64,000 nt of DNA. It comes from Promethearchaeota archaeon (GTDB taxonomy: Archaea; Asgardarchaeota; Lokiarchaeia; Sigyniarchaeales; SOKP01). The stretch spans positions 15,809 to 79,808 of the forward strand of contig JAEOTA010000004.1 of the NCBI GenBank assembly GCA_016840085.1, written 5' to 3'. Each line of letters starts with the position of its first letter. Within the stretch, counting starts at the first letter, position 1. Below are positions 56,773 through 64,000 of this stretch, one piece after another. Position numbers and translations under genes: made by a program. The notes below the pieces were generated by a model. That model saw nothing but the letters and a program-made list of their open reading frames with translations. It ran no database searches and was not told where the DNA came from.

Positions 56773-57237
56773 TCAATCAAAAGAAAAATACTGATCAATC
56801 ACATTTTCAAAACTATGGAAAGGTGTTAAATCTCCCTTAAAATCTTTTACATACGATTCATAATATTTTTCTAAAAAATCGTTAAAAATAATATGGATAT
56901 ACTTATTTGTATCTTCTGTATAATTTTCTTTTTCGATAAAATAAGCAAAAATTACGCCATTTTTAGTATCGATATGCAGATCAACATTTTTTAGCTTTAA
57001 TTCTATTTCTCTACTTCCAATAAAATCTTTCGAATAAATCATAATCGCTGATAAAAAACCAGCTATTTGAAAAATATTTTTAGTGATATTTGTTCTCTTC
57101 TTAGCTACTTTCGAGAAGAATAATAATCCTGTTTCATTTAATATTAAAATACCGACTAATTGACCTTTAACCCGAGGAATATCAACAACTCGACTACAAA
57201 TGCTATTAATTTCTGTATTAGTAGTATCTAATCCCAT
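56773..57237 (-). CDS. Roadblock/longin-like protein
   Basis: 154 aa with LVGILILNETGLLFFSK ... GVIFAYFIEK ... IIFNDFLEKY. Confidence 0.4.
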   Translation of the reverse strand: MGLDTTNTEINSICSRVVDIPRVKGQLVGILILNETGLLFFSKVAKKRTNITKNIFQIAGFLSAIMIYSKDFIGSREIELKLKNVDLHIDTKNGVIFAYFIEKENYTEDTNKYIHIIFNDFLEKYYESYVKDFKGDLTPFHSFENVIDQYFSFD

Positions 57238-57415
57238 TTTAAAAATAATCTTTTTGTGTTAAAAATTCTAATTTGTGTTAATAAAATAATCGAAATACAA
57301 ATATTTAAATATGTTTTTGATAATAATTGTTTCTTTTTGACAACAAACAACAATCTATATATGTTGATTGTTGATAATTGAATATGATAAATTAATAAAA
57401 GGAAGAATTTTATAG

Positions 57416-57519
57416 TGGGCCTGGCAGGATTCGAACCTGCGACATCCCAGTCCGAAGCCGGGCACCCTTTCTGTTTTTTTCCTTATTGGAAAAAAATATC
57501 CAGACTAGATTACAGGCCC
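57416..57519 (-). tRNA. tRNA-Arg(UCG) with a ~29-nt intron in the D-arm
   Basis: Minus-strand read: GGGCCTG TA ATCT AGTCTGGATA [TTTTTTTCCAATAAGGAAAAAAACAGAAA] GGGT G CCCGG CTTCGGA CTGGG ATGTC GCAGG TTCGAAT CCTGC CAGGCCC A. Confidence 0.85.
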
Positions 57520-57791
57520 AATAAAAATTGGGATTGTAAATTATAATAACTATAATAGAATAAGCAAATTAAATTTTAACTATTTTGTTTTAGTGGTGTC
57601 ATTCCTTAAATAATAATTATTATTATAATTTTTATCTTAAATTTAACGTCTCAAGTGATACATACCCATTAATACATAGGATTAAAAATAAATAGTGATA
57701 ATATTTTTATCCTTTATTTCAAAAAAAGTTTTACAACAAGAATACTAATGAGTATTGTAAATTCAAACTAAATAGGAAAATCAATAGTAGT

Positions 57792-58241
57792 TTACTCTAT
57801 TTTTTTAAAACCATTATTTATATATTTTAGAATTAACCTTAATAGTTTAATGAATCTTAAACCCTGAGTAAGATCACCATCAACTTTAATTATACCTTTC
57901 ATATATGCTTCACTTCCACGCATTTCTCGCTTAAGAACTTTGATTATTATATCCTTTGTAAATTTCACCTGAAATGACGCATCTCTGTTAACTCCCTTTT
58001 TATAAATTATTGATTCCTTAGACACCTTAATCCAAAAATTAAATTTTATGTCTGTTATAAAAATCTGATAAATATAGTTATAATCATTGATTTCTTCTAA
58101 GAGTTCCTCTGTATTCATGACAATATTTATTCCCAAGTTTATAATCTTGCCTAAATTAGTAATAAACTCTTGGTTCTTATCCTCTAAATCGCTAATTACC
58201 GAATTGAAACTTTTTGAATCAAGCATATTAATTTGGGTCAT
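57792..58241 (-). CDS. SCP2 (sterol/lipid carrier) domain protein
   Basis: The C-terminal RGSEAYMKGIIKVDGDLTQGLRFIKLL matches the SCP2 signature (A.m.Gklki.GDm..a.kl..lf). Confidence 0.7.
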   Translation of the reverse strand: MTQINMLDSKSFNSVISDLEDKNQEFITNLGKIINLGINIVMNTEELLEEINDYNYIYQIFITDIKFNFWIKVSKESIIYKKGVNRDASFQVKFTKDIIIKVLKREMRGSEAYMKGIIKVDGDLTQGLRFIKLLRLILKYINNGFKKIE

Positions 58242-58400
58242 ATGCCACTATAAAAAATATTATTATACCTAAGTATTCCTTATTATCTACATCATCATAA
58301 AACAATATAAATCTTTCTATGAGGATGTATTAACATCCTATTCAGAATAAAATTTTTATATTTTCCTTTATTTCTTTGATTATATACTTATTTTTCTAAA

Positions 58401-58508
58401 GCCCACATAGTGTAGCCCGGTCCAGCATTCGGGACTGTCACTCCTGCGACGCGGGTTCAAAAAAAATATGGTTTCTCCGTGTTTTGGAACATCCCGCTGT
58501 GGGCGCCA
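58401..58508 (+). tRNA. tRNA-Asp(GUC) with a ~31-nt intron in the T-loop and an encoded CCA
   Basis: GCCCACA TA GTGT AGCCCGGTCCA GCAT T CGGGA CTGTCAC TCCTG CGAC GCGGG TTCAA[...intron...]AT CCCGC TGTGGGC G CCA. Confidence 0.9.
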
Positions 58509-58637
58509 TTATAAATTTAGATTAACTCATTTTAATTGAATTTCTTATAAAAACTGTAATAAAAGTGTCAAATTTTTAGTTTCTGCAACATTATTACTAT
58601 TAATTTAAGATTTAATTACTTAATATCTAAATTTAAA

Positions 58638-59897
58638 ATGAGTAATCATTCAGATAATAAAGTTGAATTAATGGCACCTTTAAAGAATTTTAAATCTTTA
58701 AATGCCGCATTAAAAAATGCTAATGCGGTCTATTTTGGTGTTGAATCGCTAAATATGCGAATGTTTAGTGACAATTTTAAATTAGAGGATTTGAATAAAA
58801 TTGTTTCATTATGCCATGAAAATAATGTGAAAGCGTATTTGACTACAAACGTAGTAATTTATGATAATGAAATTGAATTAACAGAAAAAATATTAAATAA
58901 GGCTTCTGAAGCAGAAATTGATGCTGTTATAATACATGATATTGGAGCAATAGAATTAGCAAAAAGTAAAGGATTAAAGTTCCATATTTCTACTCAAGCT
59001 AATGTATCTAATGCTCTGTCAGCTAAATTTTATGAAAACTTAGGAGCTGAAAGATTAATTCTAGCAAGGGAATTATCACTTGAGCAAATTAAAGAGATAA
59101 GAAAAAAAGTAAGTAAATGTGAACTTGAAATATTTATTCATGGAGCACAATGCACTTCTATTTCGGGCAGATGCTATTTTTCAGCTGAAATTTGTGAATC
59201 ACAGGATTATTCAGCAAATCGAGGGAAGTGTATTCAACCATGTCGGAGAAGATGGAAAGTATATGATGATGAAAATAATGAATTCATTTATGACGGCGTT
59301 TTTTTTATAAACACTAAAGATCTTTGTATGATTGAACATATTCCTCTATTAATTCAAGCAAATATAGATGCTTTTAAGATAGAAGGGAGAATGAGAGACC
59401 CTATTTATATTGAGGAAGTTACTAAATGTTATCGTGAAGCTATAGATGCATATTACGAAAATACATTTACAAATCAAAAAGTTCAAGAATGGCTTACTCG
59501 CTTGAAAAGAGTATACAATCGAGGTTTTTCTACTGGATTTTATTTTGGATTTCCTAAAGGTAGCGAAATTGAAGGAGAACGAGAAGGAAATATTTCAGAT
59601 TTCAGAAAAATTGAAATTGGGAAAGTAATATCTTATTTCCCCGAAAAATCCGCAGCAAAAATTATTTTAACTAAAGGAAAATTAAAATTGGGAGATGAAG
59701 TTTTTATTATTGGGACTCACACAGATACTTACTTGCATCAAAAAATTCAATCAATTCAAATTAAACAAAAAAAGAATCTAACTGAAACACCCATCGTGTC
59801 AAAAGGTAAACCAATAACAGTTGGGATACTAGTCGATAAACCTGTTAAAAAGAATGATAGAATTTTCAAATTAGAATCTATGAATAAAAATAATTAA
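58638..59897 (+). CDS. peptidase U32 family protein (Fe-S type; RlhA/TrhP/UbiU-like)
   Basis: ELMAPLKNFKSLNAALKNANAVYFGV N-terminus and the cysteine cluster HGAQCTSISGRCYFS...RGKCIQPCRRRW. Confidence 0.8.
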   Translation: MSNHSDNKVELMAPLKNFKSLNAALKNANAVYFGVESLNMRMFSDNFKLEDLNKIVSLCHENNVKAYLTTNVVIYDNEIELTEKILNKASEAEIDAVIIHDIGAIELAKSKGLKFHISTQANVSNALSAKFYENLGAERLILARELSLEQIKEIRKKVSKCELEIFIHGAQCTSISGRCYFSAEICESQDYSANRGKCIQPCRRRWKVYDDENNEFIYDGVFFINTKDLCMIEHIPLLIQANIDAFKIEGRMRDPIYIEEVTKCYREAIDAYYENTFTNQKVQEWLTRLKRVYNRGFSTGFYFGFPKGSEIEGEREGNISDFRKIEIGKVISYFPEKSAAKIILTKGKLKLGDEVFIIGTHTDTYLHQKIQSIQIKQKKNLTETPIVSKGKPITVGILVDKPVKKNDRIFKLESMNKNN

Positions 59898-59971
59898 ATT
59901 AAACTTATAAAAAATTTAAAGAAAAAAAAAGAAATGATTATATAGAATGGGTTGATTTTAATGAGAACCTT

Positions 59972-60418
59972 TTATAAATCTTCAACTAAATCTTCATATG
60001 CTTCTAATGCTAATTCAATAATTTCCTGGAAAGCCATAGCATCTTGAAGATTTCCTTCTACAGTGATATCTCCTGCCATATATGCACTTGTTGCATCAAC
60101 TTCGCCCATTAGAATTCCAGCACCAACTTCTAAAGTTGAAGACATAGTGAATGAAGGATTATCTACATCTCCATCACCAAAATCTAAATCGCCCTCTTTC
60201 ACAGTTAGCCAAAATTTCTTGTCTGCGTCTGAAATTACCATTTGAATAGCGATATCCATGTCTTCAAGCTCTTCTTTAAGATCTTCATTCTCAGTTGAGA
60301 TTTCTTTAATGAACGCAAAAACCTTCATCATATCGTCAACCACAGCTGCTCCAGCTCCCTTTTCCTGGGCCGCTTTTAAATCTTTTAATAATGATTCGTC
60401 AACCATTTTAATTTTCAA
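59972..60418 (-). CDS. SCP2 domain protein (acidic paralog)
   Basis: DATSAYMAGDITVEGNLQDAMAFQEI signature, with the same overall layout as 57792..58241. Confidence 0.7.
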   Translation of the reverse strand: MKIKMVDESLLKDLKAAQEKGAGAAVVDDMMKVFAFIKEISTENEDLKEELEDMDIAIQMVISDADKKFWLTVKEGDLDFGDGDVDNPSFTMSSTLEVGAGILMGEVDATSAYMAGDITVEGNLQDAMAFQEIIELALEAYEDLVEDL

Positions 60419-60812
60419 CCTTCTTTTTTAGTTTTATACTATATTTTCAAAATTAATTGATTAATTAAATGTATAAAATTGCAATTAGTATTAAACCTTA
60501 ATATTATAAAAAGGTTTTATTTCTTTTTTACGTCGTTAAGTTTTAAAACAAATAAAAAAGAATAGATAACAAATAATTATTTTTTTTTAAAAGGCTAAGA
60601 ACAAAAGAAAATTGTCGTGATAAGCTTCAAGGAATTTATAAAATACTTAGGAGTATTTAAACTATCATTTCTTCGTCATTAAATAATACTCTTATATTAT
60701 TGAGTCTTATTACCTAATTTAGTTAATTTTTCCTTGATAATGCCAAAAATTAAATCAGTGAACTTTTATTAATTTGTAAGAGATAAACGACTAATAATTA
60801 TTATCAATAATT

Positions 60813-61442
60813 TTGCCAAGAAAAATGATGTTAGAACAGTTATATAATGCTACTGATAATTTAATTAACCAACAGTTTTATAAAGAAGGTCGCGATATTA
60901 TCATAGGCAGAACACCTGAAGTTTCAGTAAAAATTAGCAATTCAGGGCAAATTATAAGAAGATTTAAAGATTTATTTAACCAGAATTTACATTTATTTTT
61001 AGAAGGTAAATATTTCAAATTTTTAAATCTTTTTAAGAAAATTAAGGGAGTAGATGATAATTATATTGGAGAAATTTATCAGGATCTTCAACTTAAATTA
61101 GAAAATTTAAAAGATACAGAAAATATTAATGTAATTGTTCTATATGCAATCGTATTAAACTCTATAATTTCAACAATAAGAGATCTTAACTTTGCAACAA
61201 CCCTTAGAGAAATTAAGCTACGTGTGAACTATAGAATAACTATAAGTGAGAGGAAAATTCAAGATGAATTAGATAAACTATTTATGAGAAATGATAATAA
61301 TGTTTCAATTTTATATAACATTTCATATCTTGACACATTAGCAGAATCATTTCATTATAAAAAAGTAGCTAGAACCTGCAAAATACAAAGAGGTAAATAT
61401 ATAAATCGTATTGTTAATTTAATTGTTGCTTCTAATAATTAG
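60813..61442 (+). CDS. hypothetical protein
   Basis: 209-aa ORF with a TTG start. No motif recognised. Confidence 0.35.
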   Translation: MPRKMMLEQLYNATDNLINQQFYKEGRDIIIGRTPEVSVKISNSGQIIRRFKDLFNQNLHLFLEGKYFKFLNLFKKIKGVDDNYIGEIYQDLQLKLENLKDTENINVIVLYAIVLNSIISTIRDLNFATTLREIKLRVNYRITISERKIQDELDKLFMRNDNNVSILYNISYLDTLAESFHYKKVARTCKIQRGKYINRIVNLIVASNN

Positions 61443-61458
61443 AGATAAAATAATAAAT

Positions 61459-62208
61459 CTATATAACTTTACTTTTTATCATATTTTCAAGTAGAATTTT
61501 AGCTAGATTTTCCAATACTATAGTTCTCAAATTCTCATCAATCACTCGTATTCTATCTGAGAATTCGATTTGTATTGACTGTGAATTGTTAATTTGGGAT
61601 GCACCATATTGTTCTGTTATATACCCCCCAGTTAAGACATATTCTTTTCTTCTCGGGTGACCTGGTGCAATCGGTATATTTAACTTTATAAATTTTTTTA
61701 TAATGTCTCCGCGAATATTTTTATCCCAATCTTTCCTTGGGATTGGATGAGGGAAAAATGAATAAAGATTATTTGTTCCTAAAATTATATCAACATCTCT
61801 AAATCCTGAAGGTCGGTTATTTGCTTCAAATCCATGAATATCAATCAATAGGGAATAATTATATATTCTTAAATTATTCAAAATTAGATCTCTGATTTTA
61901 TTATGATAAAACGTGTAAATCTCTCTAGCAAATAAAGAATTTTGGTTATAAGCATCATCTTTACCTCTATTTAAATCAATTTTACTTCGATGTATTTTTG
62001 AAATAATATAAGATGGGCTTTTAGAATCTAAAATTTCAAACTTTTCAATTAAATCTATAGTAAATTGTATTGTACCTTTATCTATCCCAAATATTCCACT
62101 TGACCTTTTAGGGATAAATGAGCACTTTGAAGTTCCCCCATGAGGTACAGATATGATTAAAGGAATATTACCTTGTTTAAATTCTATGTATTCCTTTGAA
62201 TCAAACAT
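61459..62208 (-). CDS. N-formylglutamate amidohydrolase family protein
   Basis: PLIISVPHGGT, KIDLNR, LIDIHGF. Confidence 0.7.
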   Translation of the reverse strand: MFDSKEYIEFKQGNIPLIISVPHGGTSKCSFIPKRSSGIFGIDKGTIQFTIDLIEKFEILDSKSPSYIISKIHRSKIDLNRGKDDAYNQNSLFAREIYTFYHNKIRDLILNNLRIYNYSLLIDIHGFEANNRPSGFRDVDIILGTNNLYSFFPHPIPRKDWDKNIRGDIIKKFIKLNIPIAPGHPRRKEYVLTGGYITEQYGASQINNSQSIQIEFSDRIRVIDENLRTIVLENLAKILLENMIKSKVI

Positions 62209-62276
62209 TATATCTTTATATAAACATCCCTAAGTTATAAAATATTAATAAAAAGAGAATATAAAATAATGAGAAT

Positions 62277-62732
62277 TTAAATTTGAAGGACTAAGTAAAT
62301 AACATAAAATAAAATGAATGTCAGGGAATCAAATATATAAAACAATACAAACTCATATTTCTTAATTTTTTCATAAAGTAAATAAGCACATCCTAAACAC
62401 ATTAAACCCCCTAAACCAACCAAAATTATATCAAAAATGGCATTAACAATGCTATCTTGTCGATTCTGATACTTTAAGCCCCACTCATAAACGAGAGTAT
62501 TTTCAATAAGTTCCCAAAATATTCCAAATATTATCGTACCAATGAGAAAGGCGAACCAATGGGACATTTTTACTTTAAAATTATTTGGGTCAATTAAATT
62601 TCTTAATGTTGATATTAGCGAGAGTAAAGCAAAAACCACAATTCCCATACAAATATGACCAAAACTGAAAAAATCAAATATAGATCGATTTATTTCACTT
62701 GGAAGCGTTGCCCATAGCCAGTTAAATAACAT
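62277..62732 (-). CDS. small integral membrane protein
   Basis: 151 aa with four hydrophobic segments. Confidence 0.5.
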   Translation of the reverse strand: MLFNWLWATLPSEINRSIFDFFSFGHICMGIVVFALLSLISTLRNLIDPNNFKVKMSHWFAFLIGTIIFGIFWELIENTLVYEWGLKYQNRQDSIVNAIFDIILVGLGGLMCLGCAYLLYEKIKKYEFVLFYIFDSLTFILFYVIYLVLQI

Positions 62733-62889
62733 ATTTCTCTCCTTTTGATAATTTATATATAATTTAAAATAATTTATTATAAATTTAATTTAGAAAGTAA
62801 TGTAATTAGGTTATCATTTTTATTAAAACCGTTAAATAATATTAACGATTTTTATTAAAAAATGTTTACATGAAGTTTACGTTCAATGC

Positions 62890-63060
62890 CGTTTATTCAT
62901 GAGGGCTAAAACCCGTAGCCTCTATCCGATGGCCAAAAGGCATCTCGGACTACTTAATCTTCTGAAAGATTATCATTCTAGTGCTATACTAGATGGGCTT
63001 TCAGCTACATGTCCTCCCGATTCGGGAGCAATTTTCTAAAAATGAGGGAAGTCCTCTGAG
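62890..63060. ncRNA. candidate structured RNA of unknown class
   Basis: An ORF-free, locally GC-enriched block carrying several strong hairpins: GAGGGCT..AGCCTC, TCCGATGGCC-AAAA-GGCATCTCGGA, CTAGT-GCTAT-ACTAG, CTCCCG-ATT-CGGGAG and GAGG-GAAGT-CCTC. Confidence 0.35.
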
Positions 63061-63348
63061 AATACAACTATAGTTCCAATGCAATGATACTATAAAAATA
63101 AATAATTCTTTCTTGGTTCACCTTTTATTTAAAACATTTAATTATTTTATTTCAATTAAAAAGAGATTCCTATTTAAATTGAATGAGTCATATGAATTTT
63201 GATATAATAATTGGATGTCTTGAGACATTAAAGCTAACAATAAACAAATTATATTAAAATTTTTTAATATGAATTAAGATTTTTAATATATTTTATGATT
63301 ATATATAATCAGGATAATAATACTATCAAATTTATTTTGTGTTAATCT

Positions 63349-64000
63349 TTGCAGAAGAAAATTGCATTTGTTCTTTATTATAATAAAGATAATATTTATA
63401 GCTTAAACTCTATAGCTGCAGCTCTTGAGACTGGAGAATATTTTGAGGGTATAGAATTTTATTTTATTTTAAAAGAAAATGATCTTATACGAAATCTCCA
63501 GAATATTATTGATAATCATGATACTATTTTGGTAGGGATATCTTTTTTTACAACTCAACTATTTGATACTCATGATTTAATAAGAAGCCTTAAATCTAAA
63601 TATGGAGATAAATGCTTATTCGTTGCCGGAGGACCCCATCCTACTGGGGATCCAATAGGAACTCTTGAAATGGGATTTGATTTAGTAGTAGTTGGCGAAG
63701 GAGAAGAAACAATTAAAGAGCTTATGAAGAACCTATTTCTTAATAAAAAATTAGATAATATTAAAGGAATAGCTTATTTGAATGAAAAAAATAATTATAT
63801 TTATACAGGAAAAAGAGCACCAATTAACCTAGATGAATATCCTCCTTTTCCAATAAAAAATACTAGATTTGGAGCAATTGAAATAACAAGAGGTTGCCCA
63901 TATGTATGCTACTTTTGTCAGATCCCTTATATTTCAGGAACAATCCCAAGGCATAGAAATATAGAGTCTATCTGTAAATCTGTAAAAATTTTACATGATT
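63349..64000 (+). CDS. B12-binding-domain radical SAM protein (5' part; runs off the window)
   Basis: The frame is open from TTG at 63349 to the window end. It reads KIAFVLYYNKDN...LFVAGGPHPTGDP...VVVGEGEETIKEL...EITRGCPYVCYFCQ. Confidence 0.75.
   Translation, partial: MQKKIAFVLYYNKDNIYSLNSIAAALETGEYFEGIEFYFILKENDLIRNLQNIIDNHDTILVGISFFTTQLFDTHDLIRSLKSKYGDKCLFVAGGPHPTGDPIGTLEMGFDLVVVGEGEETIKELMKNLFLNKKLDNIKGIAYLNEKNNYIYTGKRAPINLDEYPPFPIKNTRFGAIEITRGCPYVCYFCQIPYISGTIPRHRNIESICKSVKILHD

Noticed and set aside
62890-63060. Calling this block the RNase P RNA gene
   Set aside because: Only a CR-I-like 11-mer (one mismatch) and a possible P4 partner are present. They are in the wrong 5'-3' order, the block is too short for type A/M RNAs, and the other conserved regions were not found by eye. 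Kept only as an unknown structured RNA.
1-64000. CRISPR arrays, IS elements, integrases, prophage or rRNA genes
   Set aside because: No short regularly spaced direct repeats were seen. No transposase or integrase motifs appear in any ORF, and there are no rRNA-like conserved stretches. The only periodic DNA repeat (37969-39230) is in-frame coding sequence.

Overview
This is a strongly AT-rich archaeal chromosomal segment. It carries archaeal/eukaryote-type information genes: TFB, DnaG primase, aIF6, prefoldin alpha, SRP receptor FtsY, SecE, Gar1, Nep1, RNase P Rpp21, and ribosomal proteins eS26, eS19, eL31, eL39 and LX. It also has several small Roadblock/LC7- and longin-like proteins and tRNA genes interrupted by non-canonical introns. 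My best guess for the source is an Asgard-type (Loki-like) archaeon, but that is inference only. I count roughly 60 protein genes, 4 tRNA genes, 3 gene relics and 2 unexplained structured intergenic regions. I saw no rRNA, CRISPR array, transposase or integrase.

Main observations:
1. A tRNA-Phe(GAA) gene whose mature 73-nt sequence can only be assembled by removing four short introns, none at the canonical 37/38 site. tRNA-Arg and tRNA-Asp also carry introns, in the D-arm and T-loop.
2. Two conserved genes missing from the ORF track (mobB-like, rps26e) have no ATG/GTG/TTG. Each has ATT exactly where the conserved initiator Met belongs.
3. Two loci (Zn-ADH and ahcY) consist of an intact gene, then an inserted cassette, then a diverged but still open copy of that gene's 3' end. 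In the ADH case the cassette is a free-standing double-LAGLIDADG endonuclease-like gene.
4. A chimeric regulator with the architecture Lrp/AsnC, single TBP repeat, Lrp/AsnC.
5. A peptidase-U32 (Fe-S type) gene flanked by two SCP2 lipid-carrier paralogs, resembling the bacterial UbiT-UbiU/V logic.
6. Two very large paralogous surface proteins with near-identical internal DNA repeats.

All calls come from reading the sequence and the supplied translations. No searches or folding programs were run.
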